Assembly (NCBI GenBank): GCA_963729605.1
Contig: CAVSNY010000007.1
Coordinates: 1,120,001-1,184,000 of the forward strand
Reading direction: 5' to 3'
Source of the DNA: an uncultured Gammaproteobacteria bacterium
GTDB taxonomy: Bacteria; Pseudomonadota; Gammaproteobacteria; DRLM01
DNA length: 64,000 nt
Every line of letters begins with the position of its first letter. Within the stretch, counting starts at the first letter, position 1. Both the position numbers and the translations under genes were made by a program. Positions 51,114 to 61,919 of the stretch are shown here, in pieces. Under the pieces are notes generated by a model that saw nothing but the letters and a program-made list of their open reading frames with translations, did not search any database and was not told the origin of the DNA.

Positions 51114-52235
51114 TCAAGCCTTGCTTGCCGGCAGGGTGAAACGGAACGTTGAGCCGACGCCTTCCCGGCTTTCCACCGTCACTTTGCCGTGGTGGGCCTC
51201 GACGAAGGTCTTGACGATGGCAAGCCCCAGGCCCAATCCGCCTTCCTTATGATTGTCGGTCTCCAGTTTGTCGAAGATCTTTTCGAGACGATCGGCCGGG
51301 ATGCCCGCGCCGTTATCGCTCACCCAACACTCGACCACCGCCGCATCGGCCGACACGCGCGCGCCGATGACCACTTCGCCGCGCGGCGTGTAATTGATGG
51401 CGTTGGCGATCAAATTCTGAAAAATCCGCCGCAGCAGGCTGGCGTCCGCGTAAACGACCAGATCGTCGGGCACGTTGTTGACGAGTTGAGTACTGGCGCT
51501 GCCGCCCACCGGATGAAGGTCGTGAATCAGTGCCTCCACCAGCGGCCATAAATCCAAAAAGCGCCGTTGCAGCTTATCGCCGATTTCGCTGAGCGAGGCG
51601 GTGTTTTCCTGAATGATCTTGCTGACCAGGTCGTCGAGGTGTTGTACGTTGCGGCGCAAGGTCTTCACCATCTGGACGCTTTCAACGCGGGCGCCTTGCG
51701 CCGGCAGACTCATTTCGAGGACGCGGGCGGCCAGGGAAATGGCATTGAGCGGCGTGCGAAGATCGTGCGCCACGAACGCCAGATATTCTTCGCGGCGTTG
51801 CTGGATTTCCAAGGCGCGCTGCGTGGCGTAGGTTTGCACCGCCAGGCCGATGGAGGTGTCGAGGACGCGGTTGAGGATATGGAAGGAAGGGCCTTGCAGA
51901 GTTAAGCCGTTGGCATTGGCGAGGTCATGGATGCACCCGCGCAGGATGTTGTATTCGGCGACGACCTCGGTGATATCGAAACCGTCTTGCACCCGTTGTA
52001 TGCCATGGGCCGGCGGACTGCCTTCGCTGATCGCTTCCGGGATGGTCTCATCCGATCTCGAACGCAGGGCCTCGGCCAGTTCGTCGATCAGCATAGGGAT
52101 GTGATCGTTGAGCGTCGGCACATCGAGATGCTGGGCCGAGGGCAATTGCCGCACCTGTTCCCGCCACTGCGAGAGCAAGGTCGTGCGCTCACGTTTGATG
52201 AGCGCCGCCAGTTGGGCGAGATCGTTGCCGGCCAT
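51114..52235 (-). CDS. Cytoplasmic histidine kinase with RsbRD-N-like helical N-terminus
   Basis: HG.QR...GF.I.EVV.EY..LR N-domain; HDLRTPL, NLIANA, DNGAGI, GLGLGL. Confidence 0.88.
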   Translation of the reverse strand: MAGNDLAQLAALIKRERTTLLSQWREQVRQLPSAQHLDVPTLNDHIPMLIDELAEALRSRSDETIPEAISEGSPPAHGIQRVQDGFDITEVVAEYNILRGCIHDLANANGLTLQGPSFHILNRVLDTSIGLAVQTYATQRALEIQQRREEYLAFVAHDLRTPLNAISLAARVLEMSLPAQGARVESVQMVKTLRRNVQHLDDLVSKIIQENTASLSEIGDKLQRRFLDLWPLVEALIHDLHPVGGSASTQLVNNVPDDLVVYADASLLRRIFQNLIANAINYTPRGEVVIGARVSADAAVVECWVSDNGAGIPADRLEKIFDKLETDNHKEGGLGLGLAIVKTFVEAHHGKVTVESREGVGSTFRFTLPASKA

Positions 52236-52579
52236 CTTTCCTCCAATTGCCTGTCGCTGTAGCGGGGACATGGGTGCCGTGACGCGCGGGAATTTATATC
52301 ATAAGACGCCCGCCTGTGCGCATCCCCGCCAGTTTATTCGATCCTCCGCGGTCAAGGGTTTTTTCGGTTTCCGGGCGGACCGTATCGGCATGAGATGAAC
52401 GGGGCATCGCTTTATCGGTCCGGGAGCGATTTTTTGCGTCATGGCACCCGGTAATCGGACGGTTTCGGGCCCGCGCCGGGCGGCTTGTTTTGGCCCGGTA
52501 GGGTGTGTAGCATCCAGCCCGTCAATGAAATGCCCGATGCGTGTTCGCGCACGCGCCGCCAGTCATTTAAAGGATCGCA

Positions 52580-54466
52580 ATGAGCAGTAATTACGACGCC
52601 GCCGCCATCGAGGTGCTGACCGGCCTGGACCCCGTGCGCAAGCGTCCCGGCATGTATACCGACACCGCTCGTCCCAATCACCTCGCCCAAGAGGTGATCG
52701 ACAACAGCGTGGACGAGGCCATGGCCGGCCACGCCCGCCGTATCGAGGTCATACTTTATAAAGACGGTTCGTTGGAGGTGAAGGACGATGGCCGCGGCAT
52801 GCCGGTGGACGTCCATCCCGGCGAGCGGGTGTCGGGGGTGGAGGTGATCCTCACCCGCCTGCACGCCGGCGGCAAATTCTCCAACAAGAATTATCGCTTC
52901 TCCGGCGGCCTGCACGGGGTGGGGGTCTCGGTGGTCAACGCCTTGTCGAAAGAGTTGCAAGTCCGGGTCCGGCGCGGCGGCCAGGAATACCGGATGACCT
53001 TCGCCCATGGCGAGAAAGCTTCCGACTTGGAAGTGGTGGGTCAGGTCGGCAAAAACAACACCGGCACCACGCTGCGCTTCTGGCCCGAGCCCAAATATTT
53101 CGACACGCCGAAATTCCTGGTCCCCAAACTCAAGCACATCCTGCGCGCCAAAGCGGTGTTGTGCCCCGGTCTGCACGTGAAGTTTTTCGACGAGGCCGGC
53201 GGCGAACAGGAAGAGTGGCAGTATCAGAACGGGCTCAAGGATTATCTGCTCGACGCCCTGCACGGTTTCGAGCGGTTGCCGGAAGAACCGTTTACCGGTG
53301 TCATGGAAGGCAATCACGAGGCCGCCGAATGGGCGGTGGTGTGGCTGCCGGCGGGCGGCGAACTGGTCGCCGAGAGTTACGTCAATCTGATCCCGACCCC
53401 GCAGGGCGGCACCCATGTCAACGGTCTGCGCACCGGCCTCACCGAGGCGGTGCGGGAATTTTGCGAATTCCGCAATCTGCTGCCGCGCGGCGTGCGGCTC
53501 GCGCCGGAAGACGTGTGGGAGCGTTGCGCGCACGTGTTGTCGGTGAAGATGCAGGAGCCGCAGTTCAGCGGCCAGACCAAGGACCGCTTGTCGTCGCGCG
53601 AGTGCGCGGCCTTCGTCTCCGGTGTGGTGAAGGATGCCTTCAGTCTGTGGCTCAATCAGCACATCGAGGCCGGCGAGCGCATCGCCTTGTATGCGATCAA
53701 TAACGCCCAGGCGCGGTTGCGCGCGGATAAAAAAGTGGTGCGTAAAAAAGTCACCAGCGGGCCGGCGCTGCCGGGCAAGCTGGCCGATTGCAGTTCGCAG
53801 GATTTGGCGCGCACCGAATTGTTTTTGGTGGAAGGCGATTCGGCCGGCGGTTCGGCCAAGCAGGCGCGCAACCGGGACTTCCAAGCCGTGATGCCGCTGC
53901 GCGGCAAAATTCTCAACACCTGGGAGGTCGATCCCGCCGAGGTGCTGGGTTCGCAGGAGGTACACGACATCTCGGTGGCGGTCGGCGTCGAACCCGGTTC
54001 CGATAATCTGCAAGGACTGCGTTACGGCAAGATATGCATCCTCGCCGACGCCGATTCCGACGGCGCGCATATCGCGACCCTGCTCTGCGCGCTGTTCCTG
54101 CGCCACTTCCGCGCGTTGGTGACTGCGGGCCACGTGTTCGTCGCCATGCCGCCGCTGTATCGCATCGACGTGGGCAAAGAGGTGTTCTACGCCCTCGACG
54201 ACGCCGAGAAGGTGGGTGTGCTCGATCGCATCGCGGCGGACAAATTGAAAGGCAAGATCAACGTGCAGCGCTTCAAGGGGCTGGGCGAGATGAATCCTCT
54301 GCAATTACGCGAAACCACCGTCGATCCGGACACGCGGCGTCTGGTGCAACTCACCGTCGCGGCCAGCGACGAGACCGATGCCTTGATGGATATGCTGCTC
54401 GCCAAGCGCCGCGCCAACGATCGCCGCGACTGGCTGGAGAAGAAAGGTAATCTGGCCTTGGTATAA
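52580..54466 (+). CDS. parE: DNA topoisomerase IV subunit B
   Basis: EVIDNSVDE, LHAGGKF, SGGLHGVG, EGDSAGG, PLRGKILN, ADADSDG, RFKGLGEM. Confidence 0.97.
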   Translation: MSSNYDAAAIEVLTGLDPVRKRPGMYTDTARPNHLAQEVIDNSVDEAMAGHARRIEVILYKDGSLEVKDDGRGMPVDVHPGERVSGVEVILTRLHAGGKFSNKNYRFSGGLHGVGVSVVNALSKELQVRVRRGGQEYRMTFAHGEKASDLEVVGQVGKNNTGTTLRFWPEPKYFDTPKFLVPKLKHILRAKAVLCPGLHVKFFDEAGGEQEEWQYQNGLKDYLLDALHGFERLPEEPFTGVMEGNHEAAEWAVVWLPAGGELVAESYVNLIPTPQGGTHVNGLRTGLTEAVREFCEFRNLLPRGVRLAPEDVWERCAHVLSVKMQEPQFSGQTKDRLSSRECAAFVSGVVKDAFSLWLNQHIEAGERIALYAINNAQARLRADKKVVRKKVTSGPALPGKLADCSSQDLARTELFLVEGDSAGGSAKQARNRDFQAVMPLRGKILNTWEVDPAEVLGSQEVHDISVAVGVEPGSDNLQGLRYGKICILADADSDGAHIATLLCALFLRHFRALVTAGHVFVAMPPLYRIDVGKEVFYALDDAEKVGVLDRIAADKLKGKINVQRFKGLGEMNPLQLRETTVDPDTRRLVQLTVAASDETDALMDMLLAKRRANDRRDWLEKKGNLALV

Positions 54467-54649
54467 ATGCCGTCGGCCCGCCGGCGCGGGCTTCATTTAG
54501 CCCCCGTGGCGGCGCGCTTCTGTGGCATGTATGCCTTTATTTCAGGCCTTTTTATTGCCGACCGATCTAATCGGTTTTTCTATCTTTAAGAGTTAGTTAG
54601 CTTTTTTGTTTCCATAACCTACCATCCCCGTCATCATTCCAGCACAACG

Positions 54650-54676
54650 TAAAGGTTTAATTTCAAGGGCCGACAT
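54650..54676 (+). promoter_or_regulatory. Putative sigma28 (FliA) promoter
   Basis: TAAAGGTT-N11-GCCGACAT, 70 bp upstream of the MCP ATG. Confidence 0.65.
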
Positions 54677-54745
54677 CCTGTGGGGTGGAAGGGGAGATGA
54701 ACTCCCTCCATATGCCAGCGCGATGTAATATGGAAGGCTCTTAAA

Positions 54746-56368
54746 ATGATCGCAAATTTTTTATCCAATCTCAGCTGGAAGAAAAAGATTTTTGGCGTAG
54801 CCGGTTTGTTCATGCTGGGCATCATCATCGAAGCCCTGGTGGGAGGCTACACCATTATGACGCAGAACCACGCCATGCAGCAGGTTTTGCAAGCCTCGCA
54901 GAGCAAGGTTGACGCCGCCATGACCGCACGCACCGCCATTTTGGAAGTGGGGCGGGCGCAAGCCGAATTGATCAGTTACGCCGACCCCCAACAAATCCGC
55001 GCCTCGTCGGTGAACGCCATCCGCGCCTCTTCGGTATTGGAGGAAGCCGTGCAAGGTCTGACCCTGGCCTTGCCCGAGGATGCCATGGTGGCGGAGTTGG
55101 CGAAACTGGTTCAGGAAATCAAACCCGGCAAGATGGCGGTGATCAAGGCCGCCCGCGCCAATGATGATGCGCACGCCCTGGAATTGGACGCGGCGATGCG
55201 GGAACCCTTGCAGCGCATCGAAGAACTGTCGCGTAACTTGGTCGAGGCGCAGCGCAGCATGCTCGACGATTCGATGCAGCGGCAAGAGCAACAGGCGCGT
55301 TCGACGATATGGTTGTTGAGCATCTTCGTCAGCTTGGGCGTGATCGTTGGGATCATCATCAGTTTTGCCGCCGCTCATCTCATGACCAAACCGCTGGCGG
55401 TATTGGATCGCTCCATGGAGGCCTTGGCGAAAGGCGATCTATCCATTCAACTCCCCGGCGCGGGCCGGGATGAGATCGGACGCACCATCGGTTCCATGTC
55501 CAGCATGGTGCGCGATCTTCACGCGCTGGTGGAAAAAGTGTACGAGGGCGCGGGCAAGCTGTCCGTCCAAGCCGATAACGTGACCCGGACCGCCGACGAC
55601 ATCAAAGGCGGTTCGGCCACGCTGCATGAATCGGTGAAGGATATCAAACACGATGCCGAAGTGGTGCTGCAGGCGGCCGCCGCGGCCTTGGGGCAATTGG
55701 CGGCGGCCGGTAGCGCCGCTCAGTTCACCTCGGAAAATTCGACGCGGGTCGCCAAAGAAATAGACGACACGGTGGCCGGCTTTAAACGTTTCCAGGAACA
55801 GATGGCGTCCACCGCCAAGGTGACGCGCGAGTTGGCGCGTACCGCCGAAACGATCACCTCGATTACCAACACGATTCGCGATATCTCTTCGCAAACCAAT
55901 CTGCTGGCCTTAAACGCGGCCATCGAGGCCGCCCGCGCCGGCGAACAGGGCCGCGGTTTCGCGGTGGTGGCGGACGAGGTGCGTAACCTGGCCAAGCGCA
56001 CGGAAGATGCCACGGCGGAGATTTCCACCTTGGTGGAAAGCATCGGCGACAATATCGATCACACGGTGGGTTTGCTGGAAACCACCATGCAACAGGCCAA
56101 TCAAAACGTCGAACGTTTGCAAAAAGTCGCCGACGATACCACTAAGGGCAATGTGCAGGTGCGCGCCATGCAGGAAAGCATCGGCGGCATAGAGAATTTG
56201 ATGAATGATCAGGAGCAGGCCATCGCCGGTATTCATGCCGCGGTGGGTAATTTGTTCGCGCTCAGCACGGATACCAACACGCAGACCGAGTTGTTGAACG
56301 AGTTGGCCGGCAATCTGAATGTGGCGGCGGGCGAACTCAAGTTGGTGGTGGGAAAATTCAAGTTGTAG
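54746..56368 (+). CDS. Methyl-accepting chemotaxis protein (2TM, helical periplasmic domain, HAMP)
   Basis: [34 protein letters not shown] hairpin; two TM segments. Confidence 0.95.
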   Translation: MIANFLSNLSWKKKIFGVAGLFMLGIIIEALVGGYTIMTQNHAMQQVLQASQSKVDAAMTARTAILEVGRAQAELISYADPQQIRASSVNAIRASSVLEEAVQGLTLALPEDAMVAELAKLVQEIKPGKMAVIKAARANDDAHALELDAAMREPLQRIEELSRNLVEAQRSMLDDSMQRQEQQARSTIWLLSIFVSLGVIVGIIISFAAAHLMTKPLAVLDRSMEALAKGDLSIQLPGAGRDEIGRTIGSMSSMVRDLHALVEKVYEGAGKLSVQADNVTRTADDIKGGSATLHESVKDIKHDAEVVLQAAAAALGQLAAAGSAAQFTSENSTRVAKEIDDTVAGFKRFQEQMASTAKVTRELARTAETITSITNTIRDISSQTNLLALNAAIEAARAGEQGRGFAVVADEVRNLAKRTEDATAEISTLVESIGDNIDHTVGLLETTMQQANQNVERLQKVADDTTKGNVQVRAMQESIGGIENLMNDQEQAIAGIHAAVGNLFALSTDTNTQTELLNELAGNLNVAAGELKLVVGKFKL

Positions 56369-56407
56369 CCGGTGAACGGCGTTGCTGTATTGCGAGGAGG
56401 AGTAATT

Positions 56408-57394
56408 ATGAAATCGGGAATGATGATCGCGCTGTTGGGATTGGTGATGAGTCTGACGGTGCACGCCGCTCCAAGTGATAGTTATTTGCGGCCGGAGAAG
56501 GTGCCGGCGCCGCCGAATAATCTGGTTACGCCGGAGCGCGTCGCCTTGGGCAAGGCCCTGTTTTTCGATCCGCGGCTCTCGGGCTCCAATTGGATCAGTT
56601 GCGCGACCTGTCATAACCCCGCGCTGGGCTGGTCCGACGCCCTGCCCACCGCCATCGGTCACGGCATGAAAATTCTGGGTCGCGCCACCCCCACGATATT
56701 GAATACCGCCTACCAGCGTAAACAGATGTGGGACGGCCGCTTCCGCACCCTGGAAGAACAGGCGCTCGCACCGATCGAGGCGGATGTGGAGATGAGCCAG
56801 AATTTGGATGAGGTGGTCGCGGAACTCAAGGAGATCGCCGGCTATCATGCCTTGTTCGAAAAGGCCTACCCCGGCGAAGGTATCACTAAGGACACCATCG
56901 CCAAGGCGATCGCCAGTTTTGAACGCACCATCGTCTCCAGCGACGCGCCTTTTGACCGCTGGATCAAGGGTGACGAAAAGGCCATGAGCGATTCCGCCAA
57001 ACAGGGTTTCGCGCTGTTCGAAGGCAAGGCCAATTGCACGGCCTGTCATCAAGGGTTCAATTTCATCGATGACGGGTTTCACAATATCGGTTTGAAGGGC
57101 AATCAGGATGCGGGCCGCCATGCTGTGGTACCGGTCGCCGTGATGATGGGCGCCTTCAAGACTCCGACCTTGCGTGACGTCGCGCTCACCGCGCCTTATA
57201 TGCACAACGGTATGTACAATACCCTTGCTGAAGTGGTGGCCCACTACAACCGGGGCGGCGATGTCAAAGACAATCTCGATCCCAATATGAAGCCGCTTAA
57301 TCTGACGGATCAGGAGCAAAAAGATATCGTGGAATTTTTGAAGGCGTTGACCGGTGAACAGATGGCGGTCACCGTACCGCACTTGCCGCAATAA
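56408..57394 (+). CDS. Diheme cytochrome c peroxidase / MauG-family enzyme
   Basis: Signal peptide, LGKALFFDPRLS, CATCH, WDGR..LEEQA, CTACH, FKTPTLR..TAPYMHNG..VVAHY. Confidence 0.9.
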   Translation: MKSGMMIALLGLVMSLTVHAAPSDSYLRPEKVPAPPNNLVTPERVALGKALFFDPRLSGSNWISCATCHNPALGWSDALPTAIGHGMKILGRATPTILNTAYQRKQMWDGRFRTLEEQALAPIEADVEMSQNLDEVVAELKEIAGYHALFEKAYPGEGITKDTIAKAIASFERTIVSSDAPFDRWIKGDEKAMSDSAKQGFALFEGKANCTACHQGFNFIDDGFHNIGLKGNQDAGRHAVVPVAVMMGAFKTPTLRDVALTAPYMHNGMYNTLAEVVAHYNRGGDVKDNLDPNMKPLNLTDQEQKDIVEFLKALTGEQMAVTVPHLPQ

Positions 57395-57410
57395 ATGGAG
57401 GAGAGGTGTG

Positions 57411-57752
57411 ATGCGTGCGATGAAAGCGAAAGTGACGGTTATTTTATGCGTGATGACGCTGGCGGCGGGTGCCGCCGGTGCGGCGGAGTATACGGTATCG
57501 CAGCATAATAAGGCCTTTGAAAAAGACGGCGCCAAGATCGAAAAATTATCCATCAAGGTGGGTGACACCGTCCATTTCAAAAATCTCGATCCTTGGTTTC
57601 ACAATGTGTTTTCTTTGTCCGATATTAAGACCTTCGACTTGGGTTCCTATCCGCAGGGACAGCAAAAGTCCGTGGTGTTCGATAAGGCCGGTACGGCGGA
57701 GATCGAGTGCGCCATCCATCCGCAGATGATTCTGGAGTTGGAGGTCAAATAA
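57411..57752 (+). CDS. Amicyanin/plastocyanin-like cupredoxin
   Basis: Signal peptide; VGDTV.F.N.D..FHNV and C-A-I-H-P-Q-M type-1 copper ligand loop. Confidence 0.88.
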   Translation: MRAMKAKVTVILCVMTLAAGAAGAAEYTVSQHNKAFEKDGAKIEKLSIKVGDTVHFKNLDPWFHNVFSLSDIKTFDLGSYPQGQQKSVVFDKAGTAEIECAIHPQMILELEVK

Positions 57753-58412
57753 ATGCGGGCAAGGTTGTACTTGGCAGCCGCGGCCGCCTTGCTGGCTCAG
57801 CTGGCGCTGTGCGCCGGCGCCATGGCCACCGACAGCCGCGAGAGGGTCGAGATGGAAATCTCCAAACCGGCGGTGCGCGGCGCCATCGTGTTCAAGCACT
57901 ATTGCACGTTGTGCCACGGCGAGGTGGCCGATGGCACGGCGCGCGCTTCCAAACTTTACGGCGAATTGAATTTAACCATCTCTCCACAGTCGGTCGTCGA
58001 GTACGAAAAAATCATTCGCGGCGGTGGCGTGGCGGTGGCCAGATCGCCCTTCATGCCGCCGTGGGAGGGCGAGCTGTCCGAGGAGCAGATCAGCGACGTG
58101 ATCGCTTATCTGGCCTTGGTGGGCAACCCGGTGCGGCGCGGCGAGGTGGTGTTCAAGACCAATTGCGTGTTGTGTCACGGCGTCAAGGGCGACGGCAAGG
58201 GACGCGCCTCGGTGCTCTACGATCCGCCGCCCGCCAATCTCACGCTCAGTGACAAAAACGACCTGTATAAAGAGATGATCATCACCAACGGCGGCGCGGC
58301 CATGGGCCGTTCGGCGGTGATGCCGGTGTGGGGTGAGCAATTGTCGCCGCAGGAAATCAAGGATGTGGTGGCTTATTTACGCACGATTCTGCTGGTGCCG
58401 CCGCCGGAGTGA
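57753..58412 (+). CDS. Periplasmic diheme class I cytochrome c
   Basis: Signal peptide; CTLCH..MPPW and CVLCH..MPVW tandem domains. Confidence 0.9.
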   Translation: MRARLYLAAAAALLAQLALCAGAMATDSRERVEMEISKPAVRGAIVFKHYCTLCHGEVADGTARASKLYGELNLTISPQSVVEYEKIIRGGGVAVARSPFMPPWEGELSEEQISDVIAYLALVGNPVRRGEVVFKTNCVLCHGVKGDGKGRASVLYDPPPANLTLSDKNDLYKEMIITNGGAAMGRSAVMPVWGEQLSPQEIKDVVAYLRTILLVPPPE

Positions 58413-58568
58413 AGTCCGTCCCATCGACCCGGGCCGCGGCGCGGCTCGGGTTTTTCGCGGCCAAGCCCGTCCCGCGATCCCCTCCACGCCCGTCCTGATC
58501 ATGCCGTATAATGCCGCTGCCCGCGGCCCGCCTTGAGGTCCTCGGCATAATGCGACAGGTAGTCAGAC

Positions 58569-60824
58569 ATGAGCGGCACAGATGTATTGAACGTGGAAGG
58601 CGTCGAACGCCTGCCGTTAAAAGTATTCACCGAAAAGGCGTACCTGGACTATTCCATGTACGTGATTCTCGACCGGGCCCTGCCGCACATCGGCGACGGC
58701 CTCAAACCGGTGCAGCGCCGCATCGTGTACGCCATGTCGGAGCTGGGACTGTCGGCGGCGGCGAAATATAAAAAATCCGCGCGCACCGTGGGCGACGTGC
58801 TCGGCAAGTTTCATCCCCACGGCGATTCGGCCTGTTACGAGGCCATGGTGTTGATGGCCCAGTCCTTCTCTTATCGCTATCCGCTGATCGACGGCCAAGG
58901 CAACTGGGGTTCGCCGGACGATCCGAAATCCTTCGCTGCCATGCGTTACACCGAGGCGCGTCTCGCGCCTTACGCCGAGGTGCTGCTGAGCGAACTGGGC
59001 CAGGGCACGGTGGAGTGGGTGGCCAATTTCGACGGCACCCTCGACGAGCCGGCGATGTTGCCGGCGCGCCTGCCCAATGTCCTGCTCAACGGCGCCACCG
59101 GCATCGCGGTGGGCATGGCCACCGACATCCTGCCCCACAACGCCCGCGAAATCGCGGCGGCCTGCATCCGTCTATTGGACGAGCCGCAGGCCGGCGTCGC
59201 GCAGTTATGCGAACACGTGCTGGGCCCGGATTTTCCCACCGAGGCCGAGATCATCACCGCGCGCGCCGATCTGCTGCAGATGTACGAGACCGGCAACGGT
59301 TCGGTACGGCTGCGCGCCCGTTATGAAATGGAAGACGGCGACATCGTGATCACCGCGCTGCCGTATCAAGTGTCCGGCTCGAAAATTTTGGAGCAGATCG
59401 CGGCGCAGATGACGGCCAAGAAATTGCCGATGGTGGAGGACCTGCGCGACGAATCCGATCATGAAAATCCCACGCGGCTGGTGATCGTCACCCGTTCCAA
59501 CCGGGTGGACAGCGCAGCGTTGATGGCCCATTTGTTCGCGACCACCGATTTGGAGCGCAGCTACCGGGTGAATTTCAACGTCATCGGCCTCGACGGCCGG
59601 CCGCGGGTGAAGAATTTGCGCGAGATGCTGACGGAGTGGCTGGAGTTTCGTACCAAGACCGTGCGCCGCCGTTTGCAATATCGCCTGGATAAAGTGTTGC
59701 AACGTCTGCACATCCTCGACGGCTTGTTGATCGCCTATCTCAATCTCGACGAAGTGATCCGCATCATCCGTTACGAGGACGAACCCAAGCCGGCTTTGAT
59801 GGCGCGCTTCGCTTTAAGCGAGATCCAGGCCGACGCCATTTTGGATTTGAAACTGCGCCACCTCGCCAAGCTGGAAGAGATGAAAATCCGCGGCGAACAG
59901 GCCGACCTCGCCAAGGAACGCGATGGTCTGGAACGTACCCTCGGTTCGAAGAAACGCTTGCAGGCGCTGATCCGCGCCGAGCTCGAAGCCGACGCCGAAA
60001 AATACGGCGACCCGCGCCGTTCGCCGCTGGTGGCGCGCGGCGCGGCGCAGGCCTTTTCGGCGGACAGCCTGGTGCCCAGCGAACCGACCACCGTGGTGTT
60101 GTCGCAAATGGGCTGGGTGCGCGCGGCCAAGGGCCATGATATCGATCCGGCCAGTTTGAGTTACAAGGCGGGCGACGGTTACGCGGTCGCCGCGCGCGGC
60201 CGCAGCAATCAGTTGGCGGTGTTCATCGACTCCACGGGACGTACCTATTCCTTGCCCGCCCACAGCCTGCCCTCGGCGCGCGGTCAGGGCGAGCCGCTCA
60301 CCGGCCGGCTCAACCCGCCGCCCGGCGCGGTGTTCGCGGGGCTGATGCTGGGCAATCCCGAGGATCACTACCTGCTCGCCAGCGACGCCGGTTACGGCTT
60401 CGTGGTCAAGCTGGCCGATCTCTACGCCAAGAACAAAAGCGGCAAGGCGGTGCTGGCCTTGCCCAAGGGCGCGCGGGTACTGCCGCCCACGCCGGTGCGC
60501 GACCCGGCCGGCGATGTGGTGGCGGCGGTGAACAATCTCGGCCGGATGCTGGTGGTGCCGTTGAGCGAATTGGCCGCCCTCGCCAAGGGCAAGGGCGACA
60601 AGATCATCGGTATTCCGGGGCCGAAACTGGCGGCGCGCGAAGAATACGTGGTGGCCATGACGGCGTTGCCCGCATACGGCACGCTGATCATCCATGCCGG
60701 CCAGCGTCACATGAGTTTGAAGCCGGCGGATTTGCAGGCCTACGCCGGAGAACGCGGCCGGCGCGGTACGGCCTTGCCGCGCGGTTTTCAAAAGGTCGAC
60801 CGCCTGTCGGTGGAAACGGCCTGA
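58569..60824 (+). CDS. parC: DNA topoisomerase IV subunit A
   Basis: [28 protein letters not shown]. Confidence 0.97.
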   Translation: MSGTDVLNVEGVERLPLKVFTEKAYLDYSMYVILDRALPHIGDGLKPVQRRIVYAMSELGLSAAAKYKKSARTVGDVLGKFHPHGDSACYEAMVLMAQSFSYRYPLIDGQGNWGSPDDPKSFAAMRYTEARLAPYAEVLLSELGQGTVEWVANFDGTLDEPAMLPARLPNVLLNGATGIAVGMATDILPHNAREIAAACIRLLDEPQAGVAQLCEHVLGPDFPTEAEIITARADLLQMYETGNGSVRLRARYEMEDGDIVITALPYQVSGSKILEQIAAQMTAKKLPMVEDLRDESDHENPTRLVIVTRSNRVDSAALMAHLFATTDLERSYRVNFNVIGLDGRPRVKNLREMLTEWLEFRTKTVRRRLQYRLDKVLQRLHILDGLLIAYLNLDEVIRIIRYEDEPKPALMARFALSEIQADAILDLKLRHLAKLEEMKIRGEQADLAKERDGLERTLGSKKRLQALIRAELEADAEKYGDPRRSPLVARGAAQAFSADSLVPSEPTTVVLSQMGWVRAAKGHDIDPASLSYKAGDGYAVAARGRSNQLAVFIDSTGRTYSLPAHSLPSARGQGEPLTGRLNPPPGAVFAGLMLGNPEDHYLLASDAGYGFVVKLADLYAKNKSGKAVLALPKGARVLPPTPVRDPAGDVVAAVNNLGRMLVVPLSELAALAKGKGDKIIGIPGPKLAAREEYVVAMTALPAYGTLIIHAGQRHMSLKPADLQAYAGERGRRGTALPRGFQKVDRLSVETA

Positions 60825-60898
60825 AATTTCACGCGGGCCGGCGGGATAGAATTCCTGTTTTTTCTGTCGAACCGGAGGTTTATGGGAAAAGGTGGGGG

Positions 60899-60927
60899 CT
60901 TGAAATGGCCGCCGGTCATCCCCACCT
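60899..60927 (+). promoter_or_regulatory. Putative sigma32 (RpoH) promoter of htpX
   Basis: CTTGAAA-N14-CCCCACCT. Confidence 0.65.
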
Positions 60928-60963
60928 TGACACAAGTCCGTTATCACATTGGAGCCTTTTCAG

Positions 60964-61846
60964 ATGAAGCGCATACTGCTTTTCCTTGCCACCAACTTGG
61001 CCATCATCGTGGTGCTGAGTATTACCCTGCGTATCCTGGGGGTTGAGCGGATCCTCGATGAGCAGGGGGTCGGTTTGAACATGACTTCGCTGCTGATCTT
61101 CGCGGCGGTGTTCGGCATGGGCGGTTCGTTTCTTTCGCTGGCGATGTCCAAATGGACCGCCAAGCGGTTCACCGGTGCGCAGGTGATCGAGCAACCGCGT
61201 ACCCCGGAAGAGCGCTGGCTGGTGGAGACCGTGCAGCGCCAGGCGCGCGCCGCGGGTATCGGCATGCCGGAAGTGGCGATTTACGACGCGCCGGACATCA
61301 ACGCCTTCGCTACCGGCATGAGCCGTAACAAGGCCCTGGTGGCGGTGAGCACCGGATTGCTCCGCTCCATGAGCCGCGACGAGGCCGAGGCGGTGCTCGG
61401 TCACGAGGTGAGCCACATCGCCAACGGCGACATGATCACCCTCGCCCTGATACAGGGTGTGGTGAACACCTTCGTGATCTTCCTGTCGCGGGTCATCGGT
61501 CATTTGGTGGACCGGGTGGTGTTCAAGAATCGAGCGCGGCCACGGCCCGGCGTTTTGGGTGACCGCCATCGTCGCCGAACTGGTGCTGGGCATACTCGCC
61601 AGTATCATCGTGATGTGGTTCAGCCGCTGCCGCGAGTTCCGCGCCGATGCGGGCGGTGCCCAGTTGGCCGGGCGGCAGAAGATGATCAGCGCCTTGGAGC
61701 GCTTGGCGCAGGCGCACAGCGCGCCTTTGCCCGATCAGTTGGCGGCCTTCGGTATTTCTGGGAGCATCGCCCATGGTTTGAAGCGCTTGTTCATGACCCA
61801 TCCGCCGCTGGAAGAACGCATTGCCGCCTTGCGCGCGCAAGGCTGA
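60964..61846 (+). CDS. htpX: Zinc metalloprotease HtpX (single +1 frameshift near 61530)
   Basis: [17 protein letters not shown]; second frame gives FSR.REFRAD and THPPLEERI. Confidence 0.93.
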
Positions 61847-61879
61847 TATAGCGAGATATAACGAGATCGGCGGGACCAG

Positions 61880-61914
61880 ACGCCGCCGCCTGAAATAGGC
61901 GGCGGCGTTTTTTT
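61880..61914 (+). terminator. Rho-independent terminator between convergent htpX and the FimX-like gene
   Basis: acgccgccgcct-gaaat-aggcggcggcgt followed by a T run. Confidence 0.9.
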
Positions 61915-61919
61915 ATGAC

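Noticed and set aside
54544-54558. Sigma54 GG-N10-GC site upstream of the MCP
   Set aside because: Poor -24 match (AGGCCT versus TGGCAC); the sigma28 match is better.
61525-61535. Programmed frameshift in htpX
   Set aside because: A single extra base with no slippery run; a sequencing error is more likely.
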